NCBI GenBank assembly: GCA_038087875.1
Contig: JAXLNO010000627.1
Span: 186,001-250,000 of the forward strand
Origin: Malacoraja senta
Taxonomy: Eukaryota
Direction: 5' to 3'
Length of the DNA stretch: 64,000 bases
In this document: positions 50,891 to 64,000 of the stretch, piece by piece
Layout: each line of letters starts with the position of its first letter
Position numbering within the stretch: position 1 is the stretch's first letter
Made by a program: the position numbers and the translations under genes
Notes under the pieces: model-generated
The model's database searches: none
What the model was told of the DNA's origin: nothing
What the model saw: only the letters and a program-made list of their open reading frames with translations

Positions 50891-51566
50891 CAGAGAGGGA
50901 GGGCAGGACGGGAGAGCAGAGAGGGAGGGGGCAGAGAGGGAGGGGGCAGAGAGGGAGGGGGCAGAGAGGGAGGGGGCAGAGAGGGAGGGGGCAGAGAGGG
51001 AGGGGGGCAGAGAGGGAGGGGGCAGAGAGGGAGGGGGCAGAGAGGGAGGGGAGAGCAGAGAGGGAGGGAGAGCAGAGAGGGAGGGGAGAGCAGAGAGGGA
51101 GGGGGCAGAGAGGGAGGGGAGAGCAGAGAGGGAGGGGAGAGCAGAGATGGAGGGGGCAGAGAGCGACGGGGTCAGCCAGAGACGGGGACTGAGAAGGAAG
51201 GGGCAGAGAGGGGGGAGCAGAGAGGGAAGTGGGGCAGAGAGGGAGGGGCACAGAGTGAGGGGGCAGAGAGGAGGGTGCAGAGAGGGAGGGGGCAGATAGG
51301 GAGGGGGCAGAGAGGGAGGGGGCAGAGAGGGTGGGGGCAGAGAGGGTGGGCAGAGAGTGGGGGGTGGCAGAGAGGGAGGTGGGGACCGAGAGGTGGCGCA
51401 GAGAGGGGGCAGAGAGGGAAGGGGGCAGAGAGGGAGGGAGCAGACAGGAAGGGGGTACACAGGAAGGGGAGCAGAGAGGGAGGTGGACAGAGAGGTAGGG
51501 GGCATAGGGGGAGGGGGGCAGAGAAGGAGGGGGCGGAGAGGGAGGGGAGCAGATAAGGAGGCGGAG
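50890..51566 (+). repeat. Purine-rich minisatellite (~15-bp GGGGGCAGAGAGGGA unit)
   Basis: Seen directly; runs into the gap. Confidence 0.92.
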
Positions 51567-51766
51567 NNNNNNNNNNNNNNNNNNNNNNNNNNNNNNNNNN
51601 NNNNNNNNNNNNNNNNNNNNNNNNNNNNNNNNNNNNNNNNNNNNNNNNNNNNNNNNNNNNNNNNNNNNNNNNNNNNNNNNNNNNNNNNNNNNNNNNNNNN
51701 NNNNNNNNNNNNNNNNNNNNNNNNNNNNNNNNNNNNNNNNNNNNNNNNNNNNNNNNNNNNNNNNNN
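51567..51766. other. Assembly gap (200 N)
   Basis: Run of exactly 200 N. Confidence 0.99.
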
Positions 51767-54700
51767 CACACTTTGCTACGCTATATATTGCTATATTCCA
51801 TCTGCCACTTCACTGCGCACTCTCCCAACCTGCCTAAGTCTTTCTGCAGAATCCCTGCTTTCTCTACACTACCTGCCCATTCACTTATTTTCGTATTATC
51901 TGCAAACTTGGTGACAAAGCCTTTAATCCCCATGTTCAAATCATTAATATACAACATGAAGAGTAGCGGCCCCAGTACCGACCCCTGCGGGACACCGCTA
52001 GTCACTGGCAGCCAACCAGAAAAAGCACCCTTTATTGACATACTTTGTCTGCTGCCAGTCAGCCAACCTGCTATCCATACTTGTGTCTGCTACCCTTTGA
52101 TACCATCGGCTCCCATCTTCCTTAGCAGCCTCACGTGTGGCACCTTATCAAAGGCTTTCTGAAAATCGAAGGAAGCAACATCTATTGACTCTGTCTGTCT
52201 TGCTATTTACTTCTTCAAATAATTCCAGCAAATTTGTCAAGCAAATTTCTCCTTCACAAAGCCATGCTGACTTTGGCCTATTTTATCGTGAACTTCTCAG
52301 TACTCCGTAACCTCATCATTTATAATGGACTCTAAAATCTTACCAACAACCTTAGTCATACTAACCAGCCTACAGTTCCCATTATTCTGCTTTGCTCCCT
52401 TCTTGTGCAGCGGGGTAATGTTGGCAATTTTCCAATCGCCTGGGACCACTCCTGACTCGAGTGATTCTTGAAATATCACTATCAACGCCTCCCCAATCTC
52501 AAAAGCCGCCTCTTTCAGAACCCGAGTTGCATTCCATCCAGTCCAAGTGAATTATCCACCTTCAGCCCACTCAGCCCACTCAGCAGCCCAAGCACGTACC
52601 CCATTGTAATAGGCATCCAATAACATCTACTCCATGACTCTCTTGAATTTCAGGCACGTTGCTGGTGTTTTCCACTGTGAAGACTGTGGCAATACATTTA
52701 TTAAACACCTCTGCCATTACTTTATTCCCTTCGCTCCATAGATGCTGCCCGAAACGTTGCCTATTCCCTTCGCTCCATAGATGCTGCTGCACCTGCTGAG
52801 TTTGTCCAGCATTGTGTACCTTCGATTTCCCAGCATCTGCAGTTCCTTCTTAAACACTTTATTCCCCATTATCACTTCTCCTGCATCATTCTCCAGCTGT
52901 CCAACGTCCACTCTTGCCTCTTTCTTACTCTTTGTATAAGTGAAGAAACTCTTCCAATCCTCTTGTATATTATTGCCTAGCTTCCTTTCGTATTTCATAA
53001 TTTCTCCCCGTATTGCCTTTTTAGTTACCTTCTGTTGTTCTTTAAAAGATTCCCAATATTTTGGCTTCGCACGAATCTTTGCTATGTATTCGACTTCTCT
53101 TTTAGTTTTATACTGTCTTTGACTTCCCTTGACAGCCACGGTTGCCTCTTTCTCCCCCTAGAATCTTTCTTCCTGTTTGGAATGAAAAGATCCTGCATCT
53201 TCCAGATTATTCCCAACAAGTCCTTCCATTACTCTTCCACTGTCATCCCTGGCTGGGTTCCCTTCCCAGTCAACTTTGGCCAGCTCCTCCCTCGTGCCTC
53301 TGTAGTCCCCTTTCCTCATCTGCAATACCAGCACATCCGATTTGACCTTCTCCCTCTCAAATTGCAGATTAAAACTTATCATATTGTGGTCGCCACCTCT
53401 TCATGGTACCAATACATTTAGTTCTTTTATCAAACCCCGTCCATTGCATAACACTAAATCCAGAATTCCCTCTTCACTGGTGGGCTCCACAACAAGCTTC
53501 TCTAAGAATCCATCTCGGAGATACTCTACAAATTCCCCATTCTTGGGGTCCAGTACCAACCTGATTGCCCCAGTCCACCTGCATATTGAAATCTCCCATG
53601 ATCACATTCACCAAACAAAAGCCTTTTCTACATGTCAATTGTATCTCCTGATGTAATTGTATCGTGGTTACTGTTTGGTGGCCTGTAAATAACCTCCAAT
53701 GGGGTCTGTTTACCCTTATAATTTCTCAGCTCTATCCACAATGACTGTACATTTTCTGATCCTATGTCCCACCTTGCAAAGGACGGAAAATCATTCCTAA
53801 CCAACAGAGCTACCTCACCCCTTCTGCCCAACTTTCTGTCTTTCCCATACGACGTAAAACCCTGAATATTCAACTCCTACTCCGATCCTCTTGCAGCTAC
53901 GTCTCTATAATTCCCACAACATCATACCTACAAATCTATATCTGTGCTACAAGCTCATCCACTTTGTTTCTTATACTATGCAATTCAAATACAAGACCTT
54001 TAATTCTGTATTCGCCTCCCTTGTTATATCGGTCCTAATTTTACCCATGTTACCCTCTTATCCCTTCTAGAACTTGCCATCCTAATAATTCGGGAGACTT
54101 CTGTAACATTTCCTGCACTCTCTTTCCACTTAACTCCACCGTTACACTTCCAATTTGTTGCCACCCACCTATTTAGTTTAAAGCTCAATCTACAACCCTC
54201 GTTATACGTTTGCCAATGTTTAAGAAAGAACTGCAGATGCTGGTAAATCGAAGGTAGACACAAAATGCTGGAGTAACTCAGCGGGTGTGGCAGCATCTAT
54301 GGAGAGAAGCAATTGGCGACGTTTCGGGTCGAGACCCTTCTTCAGACAATGTCTGAATGCCAATGTCCTACAAATTCAAAAGCACTTCTTCCATACCCGT
54401 CTTTGAGGCACGTATTCAACTCGGATTCAACACTCTAATCCTCTCAATCCCACGCCACGGCTCGGGCAGCAATCCAGAGATTATTAACTTCTTGGTTCTT
54501 CTTTTCAATTTGGTACCCAGCTGCTCAAAATCCTTTAATTTCCCCGTTCTACCTAGGCCAATGGTAACAACATAGACCACGACGACCGGATATTTCCCCT
54601 CCCACTCCACGTTCCTCTGCAGGTCAGACGAGATGTCCTGAACTCGGGCACCAGGGAGGCAACACAGCCTTCGGAACTCTCGATCCTCGCTACAGAAAAC

Positions 54701-55540
54701 AGTGACAAAGCCTCCAACTGTACTGTCCCTAATGACAAATACGCTTTCTTCCTTACATAGATACATAGACAATAGGTACAGAAGTAGGCCATTCGGTCCT
54801 TCGAGCCATCACCGCCATTCAATGTGATCATGGCTGATCATCCACAATCAGTACCCCGTTCCTGCCTTCTCCCCATATCCCCATTGATTCCGCTAGCCCT
54901 AAGAGCTCTCTCTACTCCTGCTCTTGTACCCTCTCGGATGTACCCCTGAACCATTGTGCCCTGGTCAGGTTGCTCATCCCTCCTACAGTCCTCCATTCAG
55001 TCCTCACCTCTGTTCCCCTGCCTGCCTCACTAGCAGTCACACCATCAACGTCACCATGGACCACGTTGGAAGCAGTTACCCTGGCAGGTGTAACTACCTC
55101 CATAAACACAGCGTCCAGGTAATTCTCCCCATCCTTGATGTGCCTCAGCGTTTGTAGCTCAGACTCCAGGTCGTCCACCTTCAGTATTAGTTCTCAACTC
55201 AACCAGCATTTGCTACAGATGTGGTCACCAGGATTGACCAAGGGGTCCACCAGCTCCCACATAATGCAACTGCAGCACATCGCGTGATCCTGCATGTCTC
55301 CTTTACGTATCTCACAATCCTTCACGAAACTTCCCATTTGCTGTTGCTCTGTGTCTTGCAGGTCCACTCCTCTCTCCTCATCCCTTCTCATCGAAGCCTC
55401 TTGAGTCAAAGCCTCAAGACTCACTTTTCGTCCACACGACACTTCCCTGAACACGGCTGCTCCCAATAGGCCGCTCTGCTAGCCTGACTTCCCTTTGATT
55501 TGCTTCAAACAATCTCCAGCTAAGCCTATCGGACGCCTGT
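51767..55540 (-). mobile_element. CR1 LINE, mirror of 23750-27587
   Basis: Near-identical ORF fragments (55194-55466, 54416-54772, 51781-52041). Confidence 0.88.
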
Positions 55541-58069
55541 TTCACTCTAATGTCCTGCCCCCACAATTAGAATTCTGAAACTGCTTCTCCTTATCGAGAC
55601 CACACACAAGATTAGAAGTAGTTCAGCCAGAGCTGAACACACTTCTCGCCATCTGCATACAATGGTGTCTGTCTTGTGCTTCTTGTGCGTGGTGGTGGAA
55701 AGATTGGTGAAAACAGGGCCGCGACGTGAACGCACTTTCCTTGACCCTACTCTGAAACGGCAACTAACTTCTTCCCGCAGATTTTTAAAATCCTTTAGCT
55801 TTTTTAGACAGATTCTTACTTGCAGCAAGATGCCTCTTCTCCTTCTGCCTTCAGTTTTTGCAGCTGTAAACCTCTGGCGGTAATGTCAAAGAGAACAGTG
55901 CAAGGACGGAGATAACGATCATGTCCAGAGGACAAATGACAATATGGAATGGGATAGAATGGAATATTTGTTGTCACGTTTAACAAGGCACAGTGAAATT
56001 CTTTGCTTGCATTCACAAAGTATGCAAATAGCGGCCACCTACGGCGCTGACAAAGTTACAAATTAAACTGGCTCCTCTTTTGTTCTCCCCTCTCCCCCAT
56101 AACGGTTCCCCCACGACGGGTCCCCAATGTCCATTGTTCTCCCCCTCCATCACGGTGGCCCCCTACGCCGGGTCCTTCGTTGCTCTTCCCATCCCACCTC
56201 ACGGCGGTCCCCACAAGTTCTCATCTACCGCCGACCACGGGTGGACTCGCTAGGCGTCGCCGCCACCGCGGTGCTTCACCACCGCCGAGGCCGTATCGCC
56301 GCGACCCTTCACCACCGCCGAGGCCGTATCGCCGCGAAGCTTCACCACCGCCGAGGCCGTATCGCCGCGACCCTTCACCACCGCCGAGGCCGTATCGCCG
56401 CGACCCTTCACCACCGCCGAGGCCGTATCGCCGCGAGGCTTCACCACCGCCGAGGCTCCTTCGCCGCGAAGCTTCACTGCCGCCGATACCTCACCGATGC
56501 CGAGGCCCCACCGTCACCGATGCTCAACGCTGCCATTGAGGCTCCATTCGGCCCAGGCTGGCTTCGCCGACCAGCTTTTCTGCAGCCTCCTGGGCGGTCT
56601 GTGGGGGCGAGGAATCAGTAGGTTAGCCGATGATGAGCGTTTGTCGGCACTGGGCCTGTACTCGCTGGTGTTTAGAAGAATTAGGGGACCTCATTGAACA
56701 ATACAGAATAGTGAAAGGCTTGGGTAGAGTGGATGTGGAGAGGATGTTTCCACTCGTGGGAGAGTCTAGGACTAGAGGTCATAGCCTCAGAATTAAAGGA
56801 CGTTATTTTAGGAAGGAGATGAAGATACATTTATTTAGTCAGAGGGTGGTGACTGTGGAATTCATTGCCACAGAAGGCTGTGGAGGCCAAGTCAGTGGAT
56901 ATTTTTAAAGCAGAGGCAGATAGATTCTTGAATAGTACATGTGTAGAGGTTATGGGGAGAGGACGGGAGAATGGGATTAGGAGGGAGAGATAGATCAGCC
57001 ATGATTGAATGGCGGAGTAGACTCGATGGGCCAATGGCCTAATTCTACTGCTATCTCTTATGACATGGTGGCTATATGATCACTATATGATTCGGACCTG
57101 CGGGGGGGGGGGGGGTGGTTCCGGACCAAGGCGCGGTTGTTCGGCGGGTCGAATATCTGAAAACCCGACGTGTCGAATATCTGACAGTATAGGACAGTAT
57201 AGGGCTGGCGGGCAGAGTCGTATAGCATGGGAACCAACCATTAGCACAAGCACGTCGGCCGATACATACACATTGCTGCACTTTCTGCGTAGACACAGTT
57301 GATTGAATTACCCGCCTAGACACTTCTAAAAAGCTGCAGCGACTCTGCTTCAACCGCTCTCTCAAGCAGTGTATTTCGGATACTCGACATTGTCTGGGTG
57401 AGAATGCTCCTCTCAGATCCACAAGCGCCGTTCTATATATGTGCACGGCAATACTTTAGACTGGGTGGGAATGTCTCCTCTCAGCACAATGCTGGGCTAA
57501 CCCAGCTGTGTTCCTTTTCGGTACAGTTCAAGTTTTTTTAATGATATTTTGACTATACCTAGTGTCATCATTGTCCTGCATGGAAACAGGCTCTTTGGTC
57601 AACTACGTCTTTACCGATCATCATGTCAATCTATACTATTGCCATTTCAATGTATTAATCGCATATCCCTCTGTGACTTCAAGTTCAAGTTCAAGTGAGT
57701 TTATTGTCATGTGTCCCTGATAGGACAATGAAATTCTTGCTTTGCTTCAGCACACAGAACATAGTAGGCATTTAATACAAAACAGATCAGTGTGTCCATA
57801 TACCATTATATAAATATATACACACATGAATAAATAGACTGATCAAGTGCAAATAACAGCTAATGGGTTATTAATGATCAGAGTTTTGTCCGAGCCAGGT
57901 TTAATAGCCTGATGGCTGTGGGGAAGTAGCTATTCCTGAACCTGATTGTTGCAGGCTTCAGGCTCCTGTACCTTCTACCCGGGACCTCTTTTAGGGAAGG
58001 TGTGACCTATACAAAAAGGACGGGTTGCACTTGAACCCGACGGGGACCAATATCCTGGCGGGGAGATTT

Positions 58070-58071
<2 letters not shown>

Positions 58072-58109
<38 letters not shown>

Positions 58110-58286
58110 TTATTTATTAGAAGTACATTACATCACAGCCACATACATTAATACTCGTCATTTATATCTTCTTACAATTAATGTACTCCCTTTATTTTTT
58201 TTTTACGCTAAAGAAAGAAAAGATTGAAAGAGAGAAGAAAGTGAAGGAAAAAGTGCAAGTGTAGAAAAGTGTAGAAAATGTAACAA

Positions 58287-58323
<37 letters not shown>

Positions 58324-58445
58324 ACGAGGACCCTATGAAAGCGAAATTAAAGACAAAAAAAAAAGGGAGTTAAGAAATAGGCCCTAAGAAAAGAAAAGAG
58401 AGAGAGAAAAAAAGAAAAACAAATGTTTTTTTTTTTTGAGCATCA
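58072..58445 (-). mobile_element. L1/Tx1-type poly-A-tailed insertion specific to this copy
   Basis: 13-bp TSD CGGGGAGATTTTC (58059-58071 and 58446-58458); poly-T preceded on - by AATAAA; empty site at ~21200. Confidence 0.78.
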
Positions 58446-61270
58446 CGGGGAGATTTTCAAAGGCTACTGGGGAGACAGTAAATTAGAACGGTTGGGGGGA
58501 GGGACTCAAATAGAGAAAGCTAGTAGACAGTGTGTGAGGCAGGAGCATAGAAGGGAAGCACTCAGACCCAACGTAGGAGAGAAAGAAGAAAATATAATAA
58601 ACAGATAATTAGAGGTGGTGGGTTTCTTAAATGTGTGAGCAGAGAGACAGAGGGGGTGTAAAATGAGGGTAGAAGCAATAGGTAGCAAGGTGAAAAGTAA
58701 AAGTGGCAGGCAGACAAATCCAGGGTAAAAATCAAACAAGGCCACTTTTCAACATAATTGTATAAGGGGTAAGAGTGTTGTAAAAACAAGCCTGAAGGCT
58801 TTGTGTCTCAATGCAAGTGAATGTGCAGACAGTTATTAATGAATATGATATAGTTGGGATCACGGAGACATGGTTCCAGGGTGACCAAGGCTGGGAGTTG
58901 AAGTTCCAGGGATATTCAATATTCAGGAGGGATAGACAGAAAGGAAAATGAGGTGGGGTGGCGTTGCTGGTTAGAGAGGAGATTAACGCAATAGAAAGGG
59001 AGGACATTAGCTTGCAGGATGTGGAATCGATATGGGTAGAGCTGCGAAACACTAAGGGGCAGAAAACGCTAGTGGGAGTTGTGTACAGCCCACCTAACAG
59101 TAGTAGTGGAGCTGGGGATGGCATCAAACAGGAAATTAGAAATGCGCGCAACAAAGGTAAAACAGTAATAATGGGTGACTTCAATCTACATATAGATTGG
59201 GTGAATAAAATTGGCAGGGGTGCTGAGGAAGAGGATTTCTTGGAATGTATGCGGGATAGTTTTCTAAACCAACATGTAGAGGAACCAACGAGAGAGCAGG
59301 CTATTCTGGACTGGGTATTGAGTAATGAGGAAGGGTTAGTTAGCAGTCTTGTTGTGCGTGGCCCCTTGGGCAAGAGTGACCATAATATGGTTGAGTTCTT
59401 CATTAGGATGGAGAGTGACATTGTTAATTCAGAAACAACGGTTCTGAACTTAAAGAAAGGTAACTCTGAGGGTATGAGACGTGAATTGGCCAAGATAGAC
59501 TGGCAATTGATTCTTAAAGGGTTGACGGTGAATATGCAATGGAAGGCATTTAAAGACCGCATGGATGAACTACAACAATTGTTCATCCCAGTTTGGCAAA
59601 AGAATAAATCAGGGTAGGTAGTGCATCCGTGGATAACAAGGGAAATCAGGGATAGTATCAAAACAAAAGATGTAGCGTACAAATTAGCCAGAAAAAGCAG
59701 CCTACCAGAGGACGGGGAGAAATTCAGAGTCCAGCAGAGCAGGACACAGGGCTTAATTAGGAAAGAAAAAATAGATTATGAAAGAAAATTGGCAGGGAAC
59801 ATAAAAGCTGACTGCAAAAGTGTTTATAGATATGTGAAGAGAAAAAGATTAGTTAAAACAAAAGTATGTCCCTTGCAGTCAGAAACAGGTGAATTGATCA
59901 TGGGGAATAAGGACATGGCAGACCAATTGAATAACTACTTTGGTTCTGTCTTCACTAGGGAAGACATAAATAATCTGCCGGAAATAGCAGGGGCCGGGTG
60001 TCAAATGAGATGGAGGAAATGAGTGAAATCCAGGTTGGCCGGGAAGTGGTGTTAGGTAAATTGAATGGATTAAAGGCCGATAAATCCCCAGGGCCAGATA
60101 GGCTGCATACCAGAGTACTTAAGGACGTAGGCCCAGAAATAGTGGATGCATTGGTGATAATTTTTCAAAACTCTTTAGATTCTGGAGTAGTTCCTGAGGA
60201 TTGGAGGGTAGCTAATGTAACCCACTTTTCAAAAAGGGAGGGAGAGAGAAAACGGGGAATTACAGACCAGTTAGTCTAACATCGGTAGTGGGGAAACTGC
60301 TAGAGTTAGTTATTAAAGATGGGATAGCAGCACATTTGGAAAGTGGTGAAATCATTGGACAAAGTCAGCATGGATTTATGAAAGGTAAATCATGTCTGAC
60401 GAATCTTATAGAATGTTTCGAGGATGTACCTAGTAGAGTGGATAAGGGAGAACCAGTGGATGTGTTATATCTGGACTTTCAGAAGGCTTTCGACAAGGTC
60501 CCACATAAGAGATTAGTATACAAACCTAAAGCACACGGTATTGGGGGTTCAGTATTGATGTGGATAGATAACTGGCTGGCAGACAGGAAGCAAAGAGTAG
60601 GAGTAAACGGGTCCTTTTCAGAATGGCAGGCAGTGACTAGTGGGGTACCGCAAGGCTCACTGCTGGGACCCCAGCTATTTACAATATATATATTAATGAT
60701 TTGGACGAGGGAATTGAATGCAACATCTCCAAGTTTGCGGATGACACGAAGCTGGGGGTCAGTGTTAGCTGTGAAGAGGATGTTAGGAGGCTGCACGGTG
60801 ACTTGGATAGGTTGGGTGAGTGGGCAAATGCATGGCAGATGCAGTATAATGTGGATAAATGTGAGGTTATCCACTTTGGTGGCCAAAACAGGAAAGTAGA
60901 CTATTATCTGAATGGTGGCCGATTAGGAAAAGTGGAGATGCAACGAGACCTGGGTGTCATGGTACACCAGTCATTGAAAGTAGGCATGCAGGTGCAGCAG
61001 GCAGTGAAGAAAGCGAATGGTATGTTAGCATTCATAGCAAAAGGATTTGAGTATAGGAGCAGGGAGGTTCTACTGCAGTTGTACAGGGTGTTGGTGAGAC
61101 CTCACCTGGAGTATTGCGTACAGTTTTGGTCTCCTAATCTGAGGAAAGACATTCTTGCCATAGAGGGAGTACAGAGAAGGTTCACCAGACTGATTCCTGG
61201 GATGTCAGGACTTTCATATGAAGAAAGACTGGATAGACTCGGCTTGTACTCGCTAGAATTTAGAAGATTG

Positions 61271-61708
61271 TCAAGTCAAGTCAAATCAAGTCACATTTAT
61301 TTATATAGCACATTTTAAAAACAACTCTCGTTGGCCAAAATGCTTTACATTTGTTATAAGAATAGTATAAACAAACAAACTACATACATATATACATATA
61401 GCCCTCGCTCAGAGGACGTCAAGAAAGGCTTGGGAGTATAGATACGTTTTTAGTCTTGACTTAAAGGAGTCGATGGAGGGGTCAGTTCTGATTGGAAGGG
61501 GGATGCTGTTCCGCAGTCTAGGAGCTGCAACCGCAAAGGCGCGGTCGCCCCTGAGCTTATGCCTAGACCGCGGGATATTCAGCAACCCCAAGTCGACCGA
61601 TCTGAGGGACCTGGAGGTGTAGTGGTGGGTGAGAAGACTTTTAATGTAGGTGGGGGCAAGCCCATTGAGGACTTTGTAGACATAGAGGAGGATCTTGAAA
61701 TGTATACG
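61271..61708 (-). mobile_element. L2-clade 3' fragment specific to this copy
   Basis: RGDRAFAVAAPRL.NS.P..IR...FKSRLKTYL; (TCAAG)n tail; imperfect TSD gaatttagaagattg / gaatttggagattg; empty site at ~18390. Confidence 0.8.
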
Positions 61709-64000
61709 GAATTTGGAGATTGAGGGGGGATCTTATAGAAACGTACAAAATTCTTAAGGGATTGGGCAGGCTAGATGCAGGAAGATTGTTCCCGATGTTG
61801 CGGAAGTCCAGAACAAGGGGTCACAGTTTAAGGATAAGGGGGAAGTCTTTTAGGACCGAAATGAGAAAAACATTTTTCACACAGAGAGTGGTGAATCTTT
61901 GGAATTCTCTGCCACAGCAGGTAGTTGAGGCCAGTTCATTGGCTATATTTAAGAGGGAGTTAGATGTGGCCCTTGTGGCTAAAGGGGTCATGGGGTATGG
62001 AGTGAAGGCAGGCACGGGATACTGAGTTGGATGATCAGCCATGATCATATTGAATGGCCGCGCAGGCTCGAAGGGCCGAATGGCCTACTCCTGCACCTAT
62101 TTTCTATGTTTCTATGGTAGCAGGGAGATGAGTGTGTGGCCAGGATGGTGTGGGACTTTGCTGATACTGCCAGCCTTTTTGAGGCAGCGACTGCGATAAA
62201 TCCCCTCGATGGAAGGAAGGTCAGAGCCGATGATGGACTGGGCAGTGTTTACTACTTTTTGTAGTCTTTTCCTCTCCAGGGCGCTCAAGTTGCCGAACCA
62301 AGCCACGATGCAGCCGGTCAGCATGCTCTCTACTGTGCACCTCTAGGCGTTAGAGAGAGTCCTCCTTGACAAATCGACTCTCCGTAATCTTCTCAGGAAG
62401 TAGAGGCGCTGATGTACTTTATTGGTAATTGCATTAGTGTTCTCGGACCAGGATAGATCTTCAGAGATGTTCACGCCCTGGAATTTGAAGCTCTTGCCCC
62501 TTTCAACCATCGACCCGTTGATATAAACGGGACTGTGGGTCCCCATCCTACTCCTTCCAAAGTCCACAATCAGTTCCTTGGTTTTGCTGGTGTTGAGGGC
62601 CAGGTTATTGTGCTGGCACCATATGGACAGTTGCTCGATCTCTCTTCTATACTCTGACTCATCCCCATCAGTGATACGTCCCACAACAGTGGTGTCGTCA
62701 GCGAACTTGATGATGGAGTTCGCACTGTGTCCGGCTACGCAGTCATGAGTATAGAGCGAGTACAGCAGGGGGCTGAGCACGCAGCCTTGAGGTGCTCCCG
62801 TGCTGATTGTTATCGAGTCTGACACATTTCCACCAATACAAACAGACTGTGGTCTGTGAATGAGGAAGTCGAGGATTCATTTGCAGAGGGATGTGCAGAG
62901 ACCCAGTTCTGCGAGTTTGGTAACCAGCTTGGAGGGGATGATTGTGTTAAATGCCGAGCTGTAATCGATGAATAACAGCCTGACATATGAGTTTTTGTTG
63001 TCCAAGTGGTCCAGAGTTGAGTGGAGGGCCAGCGAGATCGCATCCTCCGTTGATCTGTTGTGGCGGTAGGCAAACTGCAGTGGGTCCAGGTTTTTGTCGA
63101 GGTAGGAGCTGATTTGCTCCATGATCAACCTCTCAAAGCACTTCATCACCACAGGCGTTAGTGCCACTGGTCGATAGTCATTGAGGCACGTCACCTTACT
63201 CTTCTTGGGCACTGGTATAATTGATGCCCTATTAAACCAGGTGGGGACCCCAGACCTCAGAAGTGAGAGGTTGAAAATGTCCGTAAAAACTCCAGCCACT
63301 TGGGCCGCACAGGTTTTTAGAACACGACCGGGTATACCATCAGGTCCAGGCGCTTTTCGAGGGTTCACCCCTCTGAAGGATTTCCTGATGTCGGCCTCTG
63401 TGACTGAGACTGAAATACCATCACAGTGAATGGGGGCTCGGGAAGGCACATCAGTATTCTACCTATCAAAAAGCTGGGGATGAGCCATGTCTCTGTAAAA
63501 CAGAACACAGAGCATTCCCTCAGCTCCCTTTGATAAAGCAGTCTTGCTCTTAAGTCCTCCACTTTATTTTCAAGGGACTGTACGTTGGCCAGTAGGATAG
63601 TAGGGAGAGGGGGCCGAAGTCCCATGCGCTTCAGTCTGACCTGAAGTCCTGCCCGTCGGCCACTTTTCCGGACACAATGGAGGCTTCCCCTTTGTTTCCA
63701 GGTATTGAGTCTACTGTACCTGCTGTTTCTGCGAACCTGCGCTGGAACGGGGTTTCCTTCACCGACGGCAGCTCCAGATCCATAACGAACGTGGGTACCT
63801 TCAAAGTCGGCAGCTCCAGCTTCGTTGTTCCTGGAGGATCCAGCCCGTCGGCTCTGGATGTCATCCCGGGGTTCCCAGGTACCGTACCTGGGTTCCTCAG
63901 TCGGGTCGGGTGTTTTACAGCGAGCGTGGGAAAATTTAAAGTCCGCGGCTCCCGCAGCTGCGGGAGATCGCGAAATTGCGAGAGCCTTGAGGTGCTCAAG

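Larger units (their letters stand above)
57980..62117 (+). mobile_element. CR1 LINE, mirror of 17995-21291, with two additional nested insertions
   Basis: ORFs 58958-59617 and 60701-61318; (TTTCTATG)n tail. Confidence 0.9.
51767..64000 (-). repeat. Inverted duplicate of 15091-27587 (a few percent diverged)
   Basis: 64000 mirrors 15091 and 51767 mirrors 27587; same nested TE order, with copy-specific indels. Confidence 0.93.
57675..64000 (-). mobile_element. Rex1/Babar-type LINE, mirror of 15091-21596, with a ~1 kb internal deletion and the nested CR1
   Basis: ORFs 62343-62825 and 62877-63449; junction at ~63471 joins positions equivalent to 15619 and 16643. Confidence 0.88.

Noticed and set aside
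58732..59682. Long antisense ORFs over LINEs (also 19958-20452, 25762-26412, 48037-48558)
   Set aside because: Shadow ORFs opposite coding sequence; no independent evidence

Overview
Eukaryotic, TE-dense vertebrate DNA, most likely a cartilaginous fish such as a skate or ray. This is inferred from the CR1 LINEs with an SGNH-esterase ORF1, Rex1/Babar, HE1-like SINEs, Penelope fragments and the receptor family. The only host genes I can support are short-N-terminus class A GPCRs of the GPR139/GPR142-like family. One is complete on + (70-nt exon 1 at 34618-34687, ~13 kb intron, exon 2 at 47766-48664; 322 aa). A head-to-head paralog on - has exon 1 at 6500-6569 and its exon 2 presumably lies left of the window. 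The two genes sit in a large imperfect palindrome (1-~12110 vs ~26880-43031). By eye the intronic parts are nearly identical, while exon 1 and the promoter are strongly diverged (exon 1: 16/70 differences, mostly amino-acid changing). Each intron carries a phased array of CCAAT boxes plus a CHR-like motif. A second inverted duplication (15091-27587 vs 51767-64000) begins right after a 200-N gap. The rest is nested, mostly dead retroelements (CR1, Rex1/Babar, RTE, L2, Vingi-like, L1/Tx1-type poly-A insertions, Penelope pieces with hammerhead cores), a Helitron-like end and purine-rich minisatellites. Percent identities are by-eye estimates unless counts are given.
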